This document shows, in pieces, positions 9,312-18,315 of a stretch of 47,239 nucleotides of DNA (position 1 is the first letter of the stretch; each line of letters begins with the position of its first letter). This stretch comes from Deltaproteobacteria bacterium. Its GTDB lineage: Bacteria > CG2-30-53-67. The translations under genes were made by a program, and so were the position numbers. The notes below the pieces were generated by a model. That model ran no database searches and was not told the origin of the DNA. It saw nothing but the letters and a program-made list of their open reading frames with translations. The stretch is from contig JAADIO010000033.1 in NCBI GenBank assembly GCA_013151235.1, forward strand, positions 62,001 to 109,239, in the 5' to 3' direction.

Positions 9312-10948
9312 ATCAAAATCATGAACTAACGCTCCATGAGTTTCCCTATATCATCCGCTGGAGGGAGGACCGTTGCACACGGTGCGGACGCTGTACCGCC
9401 GTCTGTCCGGTCCATGCCATTGAACCGACGGTCTTCTCTCGGCGGGTCGTAAAATCCGAAGGGAGCACCCCCACACCGAAAACGGAACGGCGTGTCCTGG
9501 AGGGGATCAGGCAGGTCACGGAGATCGACCGCTACTGTACCGGCTGCTCCACCTGCGCCCTCGTCTGCCCGAACGTGGCGATCGAGCCGGAATACAATCC
9601 CCGGCACAAGTTTCTCTTTTACAAGAACCGGGGAGGCGTTCCCTATAAGCGGGGCGGGCGGCGGAATGACCCGACCCCCTCGACGGTCGACCAGTTGAAA
9701 TTCACCCGGATCTCCATGCTCACCGACCCGGCCCTTGATGCCGGACGTCATGAATTCCGCATCCGGACCCTCCTGGGCCGGAACCTTCCTCCGGAAAAAC
9801 TCCCGCTGGAGACACGGGACGGCAAACTCTCGGTCCGAAAAGAAACCGGTTTCATCCCGCCGGTGCGGGAGATCTTTCCGATCCGGATCGGGAGCATGTC
9901 GATCGGAGCGCTCTCTCCCCATATGTGGGAGGGGCTGGCGATGGGGGTTGCCTATCTCAACGAGGTGGAAGGCCTCCCGGTCGTCATGTGCACCGGAGAA
10001 GGGGGGATCCCGCCGCGCCTTTTGAAGTCCCGGTTCGCCAAATATATGATTCTTCAGATTGCCTCGGGCTACTTCGGTTGGGACGAAATCGTCCATGCCA
10101 TTCCGGAGATGACGGAAGACCCGGCGGCCATCGAAATCAAGTACGGACAGGGAGCCAAGCCCGGCGACGGCGGTCTCCTCATGGCCTACAAGGTCCTGAA
10201 ACTGATCGCCAAAATCCGGGGTGTGCCGATGTACATTGATCTGGCCTCTCCCCCGACGCATCAGACGAAATATTCCATCGAGGAGGCCGTCGCGAAGATG
10301 ATCCAGTCCATGTCGATGGCCTGGGGGTTCCGGGTTCCCGTTTACCCGAAGATCTCAGGAACCAAAACGGCCCAGGCGGTCCTGAATAATCTGGCCCGGA
10401 ACCCTTATGCGGCGGCCCTCTGCATTGATGGTGAAGACGGCGGGACCGGTGCGGCCTACAACGTCTCCATGGACAAGATGGGACACCCCATCGCCTCCAA
10501 TATCCGGGACTGCTACCTGGACCTGGTGAAGCAGGGGAAGCAGAACGAACTCCCCCTGATTGCCGCCGGCGGGATCGGCAAGGGAGGCAACCTCGCCGCC
10601 AATGCCGCTGCCATGATCATGTTAGGCGCCTCGGCGGTAGATATTGGGAAATATATTATGCAGGCAACCGCCGACTGCCTCGGCAACGAATACAACCGGT
10701 GCAATCTCTGTAACACGGGCCGCTGTCCGCGGGGGATCACTACCCAGGATCCCCGTCTCTACCGACGTCTCGATCCGGACCGTGTAGCGGAACGGGTCGT
10801 CGATGTCTTCAAGTCAGCCGATGTGGAACTGCGGAAAGTCTTCGCCCCCCTGGGAAGAAGCACGGAACTGCCCATTGGGATGTCCGACGCCTTGGGCGTA
10901 GCCAACAAGGAGATCGCCGACCGCTTGAAGATCAGCTATGTCTGTTAG
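9290..10948 (+). CDS. Glutamate synthase FMN-binding subunit with N-terminal 2x[4Fe-4S] domain
   Basis: CTRCGRCTAVCP and CTGCSTCALVCP; MSIGALS, TGEGG, QIASG, EIKYGQGAKPGDGG; C-terminal C..CNLCNTGRCPRGITTQDP. Confidence 0.9.
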   Translation: MESAERLDQNHELTLHEFPYIIRWREDRCTRCGRCTAVCPVHAIEPTVFSRRVVKSEGSTPTPKTERRVLEGIRQVTEIDRYCTGCSTCALVCPNVAIEPEYNPRHKFLFYKNRGGVPYKRGGRRNDPTPSTVDQLKFTRISMLTDPALDAGRHEFRIRTLLGRNLPPEKLPLETRDGKLSVRKETGFIPPVREIFPIRIGSMSIGALSPHMWEGLAMGVAYLNEVEGLPVVMCTGEGGIPPRLLKSRFAKYMILQIASGYFGWDEIVHAIPEMTEDPAAIEIKYGQGAKPGDGGLLMAYKVLKLIAKIRGVPMYIDLASPPTHQTKYSIEEAVAKMIQSMSMAWGFRVPVYPKISGTKTAQAVLNNLARNPYAAALCIDGEDGGTGAAYNVSMDKMGHPIASNIRDCYLDLVKQGKQNELPLIAAGGIGKGGNLAANAAAMIMLGASAVDIGKYIMQATADCLGNEYNRCNLCNTGRCPRGITTQDPRLYRRLDPDRVAERVVDVFKSADVELRKVFAPLGRSTELPIGMSDALGVANKEIADRLKISYVC

Positions 10949-11053
10949 ACTGTAGCACCGGGGTTGATCCCAGGTGCGGACGAGACGACCGAGGGAAGGA
11001 AGCGGGAAACAGAATTAGGCACAACCGATCAACTGATATCGAGGATGAAATAG

Positions 11054-13372
11054 ATGGTCATCAAAGGGAATATTAAAGGCAAACGGGTCCCCTCCCGCGA
11101 ATTGGAAGAACAGATCCAACAGGCCGTCCGGGATGGGAAAAGAACCTTGTCCATCCAGGCCGACGGTCAGCACGGGATCGGCGGCCGGATCTGGCCGATG
11201 GGAAAAAAGGTTAAGATTACCGTTACCGGTCCCACGGGACAGCGACTCGGCAGCATGGGAATGGGAGGCACGGAGATCGTCGTCAAGGGAAATGCATCCG
11301 ACGACGTCGGCTGGATCAATTGCGGTGCAAAGATCACGGTCTTGGGCGACGTCACGAACGGTGCCCACAACGCCGGCGCCCAGGGAATCCTCTACGTGCA
11401 GGGTGGCGGCGGCGCCCGTTGTGATACCATGACCAAGCATAATCCCCGTTTCGAACCGCTTCAGTCCTGGTACTTCCGGGATGTAGGTGACTCCTTTGCG
11501 GAATTCAAAGCGGGGGGAATTGCTGTTGTCTGCGGGGTCAACCCCCGAAACCCGGAGAACATCCTGGGTTATCGTCCCTGTGTCGGAATGGTGGGTGGAA
11601 CCATCTATTTTAACGGGCCCATCCAGGGATTCAGCGACAAAGACGTCCGGCTGGCCGATCTGACTCCCCGGGACTGGGAGTGGTTGACGCTGAACATCAA
11701 ACCTTATCTCAAGGCGATCGACCGGATGGAATATCTTGAGGAATTGACCCGATCGCCGGATGACTGGAAAAAACTGATCGCCTATACCCCGGCGGAAAAG
11801 ACCGAACGCCGCGGCCGCAAGATCCCGATGACGGAGTTCCGCGAAGCGGTTTGGGAAAAAGGGACCGGAAAGGGGGGAATCTTTGGGGAATATCTCGAAC
11901 ATGAAGCGACGATTCTTCCCTATATCACGACCGGGCCGGACCGTCGGTTCCGGCCGGTCTGGAGTAACGACCGGTATCTTCCTCCCTGCGCCTACGCCTG
12001 TCCGTCCCGGATCCCATCACACAAACGAGCGAATCTGATCCGGCAGAACCGTCTGGAAGACGCCCTGGCCCTGGTCCTGCAGTACAGCCCCTTCCCGGCC
12101 TCCGTCTGCGGCCAGGTCTGTCCGAATCTCTGCATGGACGCCTGTACCCGGGGCCGGATCGACCAGCCGCTCGACATCAAGAGCCTCGGAAGTCTCAGCC
12201 TAGAACTACCGGCCCCGGAAAAGGCCCGTTCCACCGGCAATACCGTGGCGATTATCGGTGCCGGACCAGCGGGACTCTCCGCCGCCTGGCAGCTGGCCCT
12301 TCGGGGTCACACCGTGGATCTGTATGAGTCCACAGGGAAATTAGGCGGCAAGCTGGAGCTCTGTATTCCCAGGGAACGGCTCCCCCAGGAGATCCTGGCG
12401 AAAGAAATTTCACGGTTTGAGGAGATGGGCATCAATGTACACCTGAACCGGAAGATCACCCGGAACCTCTTCAAAAAACTCTATAAGGAACATGAAGTCG
12501 TCATCGTCGCCTGCGGCGCCCATGAGCCCAGAGTCCTCCGTTTTGAAGGGATGGAGGATGTCACTCCCGGAATCGAATTTCTCAAGGAGATTAACTACGG
12601 GGAGACGAAGAACCTGAAAGGAAAAGAGGTCGTCGTCATCGGCGCCGGCAACGTCGGCATGGACATCGCCTGCCAAGCCTATGCCTGCGGGGCGAAATCG
12701 GTAACGGCCGTCGATATCCAGCCCCCGGCCAGTTTCGGTAAGGAACAGGAGATGGCCCGGGAACGCGGGACAAAGATCCTCTATCCCAAAGTGACTAAAA
12801 AATACAGCAAACGGGCAAAGAAGATCACCTTCGATGACGGGACCTCTATTCACGCCGACGAGGTGATTATCTCCATCGGAGAAGTGCCGGTCCTTGATTT
12901 TCTCCCCCCAGAGATTCACACGGAGCGGGGTTATATCGTAGCCAACAAACTCGGTCAGAGTTCCGATGTCAAGGTCTTTGCCGTAGGAGATGCCACACAG
13001 CCGGGTCTCATTACCCACGCCATCGGCCAGGGGCGGATCGCCGCCGATGTGATTCATCATCAAATGATGAGCTATGATTATGTTCCCGAGGAGGAACAGG
13101 TCATTCCCTATGAACGGATCCGGACCGTTTACTACGAGAACTCCCATCCCGGGGAATTCGTCCCGGAAGAAGAAGCCAACCGCTGCATGTCCTGCGGTTC
13201 CTGCCGGGACTGCGGGATGTGTGAAACGAGCTGTTACTATAACGCCATTTCACGAGTGCAAGGGGAAGAAGGAAGTTTCGAGTACGTTGTAGATGACCGT
13301 CTTTGTATCGGCTGCGGTTTCTGTGCGGGAATCTGCCCATGTGGGGTCTGGGAGATGAAAGAAAACGTCTGA
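11054..13372 (+). CDS. Glutamate synthase GXGXG domain fused to GltD-like FAD/NAD(P) oxidoreductase and ferredoxin domain
   Basis: N-terminal GQHGIGG/GQRLGSMG beta-helix repeats; PCAYACP, CGQVCPNLC; GAGPAG and GAGNVG Rossmann motifs; C-terminal CxxCxxCxxC and CIGCGFCAGICP. Confidence 0.88.
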   Translation: MVIKGNIKGKRVPSRELEEQIQQAVRDGKRTLSIQADGQHGIGGRIWPMGKKVKITVTGPTGQRLGSMGMGGTEIVVKGNASDDVGWINCGAKITVLGDVTNGAHNAGAQGILYVQGGGGARCDTMTKHNPRFEPLQSWYFRDVGDSFAEFKAGGIAVVCGVNPRNPENILGYRPCVGMVGGTIYFNGPIQGFSDKDVRLADLTPRDWEWLTLNIKPYLKAIDRMEYLEELTRSPDDWKKLIAYTPAEKTERRGRKIPMTEFREAVWEKGTGKGGIFGEYLEHEATILPYITTGPDRRFRPVWSNDRYLPPCAYACPSRIPSHKRANLIRQNRLEDALALVLQYSPFPASVCGQVCPNLCMDACTRGRIDQPLDIKSLGSLSLELPAPEKARSTGNTVAIIGAGPAGLSAAWQLALRGHTVDLYESTGKLGGKLELCIPRERLPQEILAKEISRFEEMGINVHLNRKITRNLFKKLYKEHEVVIVACGAHEPRVLRFEGMEDVTPGIEFLKEINYGETKNLKGKEVVVIGAGNVGMDIACQAYACGAKSVTAVDIQPPASFGKEQEMARERGTKILYPKVTKKYSKRAKKITFDDGTSIHADEVIISIGEVPVLDFLPPEIHTERGYIVANKLGQSSDVKVFAVGDATQPGLITHAIGQGRIAADVIHHQMMSYDYVPEEEQVIPYERIRTVYYENSHPGEFVPEEEANRCMSCGSCRDCGMCETSCYYNAISRVQGEEGSFEYVVDDRLCIGCGFCAGICPCGVWEMKENV

Positions 13373-13398
13373 TGGTTCGACAACCTCACCATGCACGG
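13372..13398 (+). repeat. Solo REP-like hairpin unit related to the MITE interior
   Basis: ATGGTTCGACAACCTCACCATGCACGG matches ATGGTTCGACAAGCTCACCACGAACGG (reverse strand of MITE copy 1) at 24/27 positions and begins at the TGA stop. Confidence 0.65.
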
Positions 13399-13424
13399 TC
13401 TGTTTTTATATAACGGACTTTTTT
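13398..13424 (+). terminator. Possible intrinsic terminator after the glutamate synthase cluster
   Basis: GTCTGTT-loop-AACGGAC followed by TTTTTT. Confidence 0.45.
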
Positions 13425-13471
13425 CATTTACTCCAAAGCCGGTCGGAGAAAAAATGGAAAGCCCCGGAACT

Positions 13472-14683
13472 CTACATTCCTAAACCGGCGAGCAGATCAT
13501 CCACATCCTGTTGACTGCCAACACCTGCCCGGCAAACGCTTTCGCTTGATTCCTGGTCCTGCGCATAGAACTCCACGGCTAATTCCGGGTTCATCACACA
13601 AAGGATTTCTCGCAGGGTCCCCGTCAATGTGTTGATCTGCTGACTGACCTTGTCGGCAAACTGTAAACTCATCTCCGCTTCATCAATCCAGGGGAGGGCC
13701 TCTTCGGGAACCTGGTTCCGAAGCTTGTCCAGAATTTTCACAATCGTTTCGGTATTGCCGGCGATCCCCTCCCGGACATGCTGCGTCTTCTGGTTGAAAT
13801 CCGAGGCATCGACGATCTCTTCCAGTTTCTCCAGAACGGAATTGTAGAGTCCCAGGGTTTTTTCCCGTTCCTCGATCCTGTGATAGCGATCGAGAAAGGC
13901 AACCAACTGGTTTTTGAAAAAGTGCACCAGATCAACGATCCGTCCGTCATCGATCGGTATCTTTTTTGTCGGCCGCACCTCTATGGAACCCACATAGTCG
14001 GCCTTGCTGAAAAAGACCCGGACCGAACCATTCTCACAGGTAAAATTTTTTTCGGCATTGCGGATTTCTTCCCGGAGTTTATTCCGTTTTTCCGGATCTT
14101 CCTCAAAATCGATCATGCACTCCATCCCCAGGTCACGGAAGGTATCGACGACCCGGTGGCAGGCCATTTCAAGATCGAGGGTCTCCTGAAGGTACTGACC
14201 GCAATGGACGAGCCCTGCCAGATCTTCATGCAACCGGGTCAGTGCCTCGGCATATTCTTCCGCAAGTTTTTTGGATACTTCCAGCGCATGATACTCCTCC
14301 CGTTTTTTCCACTGGGCCCGGCCCGATCTCGCCATCTGAAAAAGCATCAAGTCCGAGGCCTCTTTCGATCGAGGTTTCTCCATAAGCATGGCATCATCGG
14401 GCACCGTGAATCCATTGGTGATGGCCGGAATCATTTCGTCATCAACAACCACTGCACAGAGAATCCCCGGAAAGCGCCTGACGAGCCCGTCGAAGATCCA
14501 GAAGGCATCCCGGGTCGGAGGATCATGCAAAATGAGTATCGACGCCCTGGAACAGGTGGAGAGCAACTCCACCGCCTCCTCTTCCGTCTCCACAAAATGG
14601 GTCAAAACATTCTCAGCGATTCTCTCCTTCGAATGAGAAAAGGGGATCGCGCCCAGAGCAATCACATGCCATTCCCGGTCCAT
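13472..14683 (-). CDS. Multidomain CheZ-like phosphatase (pseudo-receiver + coiled coil + GAF-like + CheZ-like C-terminus)
   Basis: LQFADKVSQQI (CheZ DxxxQ) and terminal SQQDVDDLLAGLGM. The N-terminus has receiver-like EEAVELL/ILILHD/EKP. Start taken at ATG 14683; the track starts at 14800. Confidence 0.7.
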   Translation of the reverse strand: MDREWHVIALGAIPFSHSKERIAENVLTHFVETEEEAVELLSTCSRASILILHDPPTRDAFWIFDGLVRRFPGILCAVVVDDEMIPAITNGFTVPDDAMLMEKPRSKEASDLMLFQMARSGRAQWKKREEYHALEVSKKLAEEYAEALTRLHEDLAGLVHCGQYLQETLDLEMACHRVVDTFRDLGMECMIDFEEDPEKRNKLREEIRNAEKNFTCENGSVRVFFSKADYVGSIEVRPTKKIPIDDGRIVDLVHFFKNQLVAFLDRYHRIEEREKTLGLYNSVLEKLEEIVDASDFNQKTQHVREGIAGNTETIVKILDKLRNQVPEEALPWIDEAEMSLQFADKVSQQINTLTGTLREILCVMNPELAVEFYAQDQESSESVCRAGVGSQQDVDDLLAGLGM

Positions 14684-14817
14684 TAACACACTCACTTTTT
14701 TTATGGATTGAAGAAGAATATTATGTACACCAGAACTTTTCGGATATTGGAGAAAAATACTTGAGGATTTTTTTGTGGATTTTTCCTCCGCACGCTTCAC
14801 CGGCCTGGAAAAAGGGG

Positions 14818-14846
14818 TTTACATCCGCCCCTGTTCAGGTTACTAT
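14818..14846 (+). promoter_or_regulatory. Putative sigma70 promoter of lptFG
   Basis: TTTACA-17 bp-TACTAT. Confidence 0.55.
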
Positions 14847-14884
14847 TTTCTCAATTTGCATTCGGATTTCTCTGAAAAGACTTT

Positions 14885-16081
14885 ATGAAAAGAATCCTGC
14901 CTCGTTATATTCAAAAAGAGATCCTGCCGCCTTTCGTTCTCTCTTTGGGTATCTTCACTCTTGTGCTTTTCATGCAGAATGCTCTGGAGCTTTCCAACCT
15001 GATCATCACAAAAGGCGTCGCCCTTTCGAACATCGCCCGGATCGTCCTCTATACGCTTCCCCCAACTCTCTGGTTCACCCTTCCGATTTCCTTTCTCACG
15101 GCAAATCTGACGGCCCTCAGCCGCCTTTCCGCCGACAATGAAGTTGTGGCCATGAATTCCCTCGGGATCGGAATGGGAAGCTTCGTCCGTCCGGTCATGA
15201 CATTGGGAATTCTCTTGTTCTGCCTTACCTTTGCCGTCGGTGCCCTGGCCGTTCCCTGGGGACGTATATCCCTAAACCAACTCGTCTACCGGATCTTTCA
15301 GGAGAGCGCAACCGCCGGGATCGAACCCAGGGTCTTCAATGACAGTTTTACAGACCTGGTGATCTTTGCCGACGGGGTTGACCGGGAAAAGGATCAACTG
15401 CAACACGTCCTGATCACCGATTACCGGGGAGCACTGCCGGAGACCATCTATGCCCAATCCGGAATCATCCATTCCAACCCGGGCAAACTCACCCATACCT
15501 TAACGTTGCACAACGGTGCCGTACACCAATACGATGCACGAAAAGGGCGGTATCGGCTGATTCATTTCGAGGAGTACCAACTCTCCCTGGTCACTGATGT
15601 CGCACCGGTCGTCTATTCCATGAGCCTGGGGGAGAAGACCTACCATGAAATGTCGTTGGCGGAGCTCCGCCAGGCATCCCGGGCAGGGAACCCGGCAGAG
15701 AGGCGAGACTTCCAGCTCCACTACTATGAAAAATTTGCTCTCCCTTTTTCCTGTATCATTTTCGGGCTGGTCGCCCTTCCCTTCGGAACCCGTTTCCGGC
15801 GTTCGGGAAAGATGATCGGTTTTTCCTGGAGTCTGGTGATTGTCTTTGGTTACTACCTCCTCCTGGGCGCAGGACGTCATTTTGAAACAACCAATATGCT
15901 TTCTCCCATGATTGCGGTCTGGCTTCCCAACGTTGTTTTCGGGGGGATCGGGATCACCGCACTGATCCGGACCTCGCGCAGGATCCCGGAGGACCGGGGC
16001 TTCCTGGATGAAACGAACGGCCTGTGGCATACCTTCCTGCACACGACAAGAAGGATCTTGCGAAAACCGTCCGGGAAGTAA
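14885..16081 (+). CDS. lptF: LPS export ABC transporter permease LptF
   Basis: RYIQKEIL, LSRLSADNEVVAMNSLG, KFALPFSC, WLPN; YjgP/YjgQ family; first gene of the pair. Confidence 0.9.
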   Translation: MKRILPRYIQKEILPPFVLSLGIFTLVLFMQNALELSNLIITKGVALSNIARIVLYTLPPTLWFTLPISFLTANLTALSRLSADNEVVAMNSLGIGMGSFVRPVMTLGILLFCLTFAVGALAVPWGRISLNQLVYRIFQESATAGIEPRVFNDSFTDLVIFADGVDREKDQLQHVLITDYRGALPETIYAQSGIIHSNPGKLTHTLTLHNGAVHQYDARKGRYRLIHFEEYQLSLVTDVAPVVYSMSLGEKTYHEMSLAELRQASRAGNPAERRDFQLHYYEKFALPFSCIIFGLVALPFGTRFRRSGKMIGFSWSLVIVFGYYLLLGAGRHFETTNMLSPMIAVWLPNVVFGGIGITALIRTSRRIPEDRGFLDETNGLWHTFLHTTRRILRKPSGK

Positions 16082-16092
16082 CTGGAAACGAG

Positions 16093-17175
16093 ATGAAAAC
16101 CCTTTCAAAATATGTTGCCCGAGAATATATCAAGGTCCTGCTGATCTGCTTCAGCGCCGTTACGACCGTTTACCTGCTGGTCCATTTCCTCGGAAAACTG
16201 GATGAGTTTATTGAATTCAAGGCCTCCCTGTCGCTGATCCTCCGAATGATGCTGCTGAAAATCCCCCGGATTTTCTATGAGGTCCTGCCCATCGTTTCCC
16301 TCCTGTCCACCCTGATTACCCTGAGTCTTCTTTCCCGGCACAATGAAATCATCGCCATGCGTTCCTGCGGAATCCATCTGAGCAAGCTCCTCATGCCGAT
16401 CCTCTTCGTCACCTTCCTCCTCTCCATGATGGCGCTGGCCGACGGGGAATGGCTCGTCCCCTACGCCAATCAGCGCCTCAGTTGGCTTGATGACGTCGCC
16501 CTCAAAAAAAAGCCCCACCTCCTGGCCCTGAAGAATAATCGGATCTGGTTCCGCACCGGCGCCCACGGATTTTGCAACATCCGAAAAGTCGATCCGGATC
16601 GTCGGATCCTGCATAACGTCACACTCTATGATTTCGATAATGACTTTAAATTAAGACACCGCCTCGATGCTCAGGTGGTCATCTGGAAGAATTCCGGCTG
16701 GATCACACGTAAAGGAACGGAATGGATTTTCTCGGGCGCCGGGGAAATTCTTAAGGAACGTGCCTTCCATGGGGCCTTCCCATTAAAGGAACCGCTCAAA
16801 GAAATCATCAAGGTGGAAAAACCCTCCGGTGCGATGGGCTATAAGGAACTCCGAACATATATCACCCTCCTGAAAAAGGACGGTTATCCCACGGCCGGCT
16901 ACGAGGTTGACCTTTATGCCAAGATCTCCTATACCATGATCAGCTTCATTATGGTTCTTCTGGGAATCCCCTTCGCGCTGCACACCAACCGCAAGGGGGG
17001 CCTTGCTTTCAGTATCGGAATCAGCCTGGTGGTGGGATTCATCTATTGGCTGGCCTTTTCGGTCGGGCTCTCCTTCGGGCATGGGAGCCTGATGCCCCCC
17101 CTTCTTGCAGCGTGGATCGCCAACCTTTTCTTCGGAACGGCAGCGGGCTACCGGCTTGCCAGGGTACGATTCTGA
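16093..17175 (+). CDS. lptG: LPS export ABC transporter permease LptG
   Basis: Start at ATG 16093 (MKTLSKYVAREY); LSRHNEIIAMRSCG; PPLLAAWIAN. Confidence 0.9.
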   Translation: MKTLSKYVAREYIKVLLICFSAVTTVYLLVHFLGKLDEFIEFKASLSLILRMMLLKIPRIFYEVLPIVSLLSTLITLSLLSRHNEIIAMRSCGIHLSKLLMPILFVTFLLSMMALADGEWLVPYANQRLSWLDDVALKKKPHLLALKNNRIWFRTGAHGFCNIRKVDPDRRILHNVTLYDFDNDFKLRHRLDAQVVIWKNSGWITRKGTEWIFSGAGEILKERAFHGAFPLKEPLKEIIKVEKPSGAMGYKELRTYITLLKKDGYPTAGYEVDLYAKISYTMISFIMVLLGIPFALHTNRKGGLAFSIGISLVVGFIYWLAFSVGLSFGHGSLMPPLLAAWIANLFFGTAAGYRLARVRF

Positions 17176-17209
17176 CCCCGGAGAAACCGATATACGACGG
17201 GAAAAAGGA

Positions 17210-18241
17210 TCAGGAAGACGATTCAGGGGTCTCTTCTTCCCCGCCGGCAAGGCGGGCCAATTCCACCAACTGTTCCGGTTTCCCTACACAGATCAGACGG
17301 TCCCCCGCCTCCAGAATGGTCGAGGGAGCCAGGCTGGTATTCATGGTACCATCCTCCTTCTTAACGGCCACAATCAGGAGCCCTAATTCTTCCCGAATCC
17401 GGGAGTCTACGATTCGGACACCGTTGAAAGAAGAAGAACCGGAAATACGGATGGCATCAAGACGGAAGCCCATCTTGCCGTCTCGGCTGACCGCAGTCTC
17501 CAGAAAACTTGCGACATGGGGCCGGAAGATCGATTGGGCGATTTTGGAGGCCCCGATCAGGTAGGGAGAAACCACCATATCGGCCCCGGCCCGTTTGAAC
17601 TTCTTTTCCGCCCCCTCCCCGCCGGCACGGGTAATAATCTTCAACTTTGCCTTGATTTCACGGGCGCTCAAAACCACATAGAGGTTTTCCGCATCGGAAG
17701 TCAAAACCGAGATTAGTCCTGTGGCCCGTTCAATCCCCGCCGACAGAAGGGTCTCATCCTGTGTTGCATCTCCCTGAATGACGACATGTCCCTTCTCATG
17801 AATCTCCGTAACCACCTCGGGGTCTTTCTCAATCACGACAAAGGGAAACATCGCCGCAGCAAATTCCGAGCAGATATGTTTCCCCATTCGGCCGTACCCG
17901 CAGATAATATAGTGTTCCTTTAACCGTTTAATTTTCTCGTTCACCTTCTTCCTCCCAAGCACTTCCCGGATCTCCCCTTCGAGGAGGATCCCGATGGCCG
18001 TTTTGAAAACATAGGCAACCGTCCCGACCCCAACGAGAATCAGGACAACCGTAAAGATTCTTCCTGCCGTATCCATCCGATGCACTTCCATAAAACCGAT
18101 CGTGGAAAGGGTGATCACCGTCATGTAGAGTGCATCGGTTACTCCCCACCCCTCAATCATCATGTACCCCACGATTCCAAAGGCCATGATCCCTGCAAGG
18201 ATCAGCAGTGAAACTTTCAGCTTTTTGATCGGATTGACCAA
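17210..18241 (-). CDS. Two-TM potassium channel with RCK (TrkA-N/TrkA-C) domains
   Basis: DALYMTVITLSTIGF pore helix and filter; HYIICGYGRMG; GDAT; AGADMVVSP. Confidence 0.92.
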   Translation of the reverse strand: MVNPIKKLKVSLLILAGIMAFGIVGYMMIEGWGVTDALYMTVITLSTIGFMEVHRMDTAGRIFTVVLILVGVGTVAYVFKTAIGILLEGEIREVLGRKKVNEKIKRLKEHYIICGYGRMGKHICSEFAAAMFPFVVIEKDPEVVTEIHEKGHVVIQGDATQDETLLSAGIERATGLISVLTSDAENLYVVLSAREIKAKLKIITRAGGEGAEKKFKRAGADMVVSPYLIGASKIAQSIFRPHVASFLETAVSRDGKMGFRLDAIRISGSSSFNGVRIVDSRIREELGLLIVAVKKEDGTMNTSLAPSTILEAGDRLICVGKPEQLVELARLAGGEEETPESSS

Positions 18242-18315
18242 TCGATCCTCCCGGACATGAAATTCAGATGCACAATCTCGAAAACTCTTAAGATATCAAA
18301 CGCCTCGGAGAAAAG

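Noticed and set aside
18085-18115. Non-canonical K+ filter TIGFME instead of TVGYG
   Set aside because: GF-x-E variants are, to my knowledge, common in this RCK-channel family, so it is not evidence of novelty.
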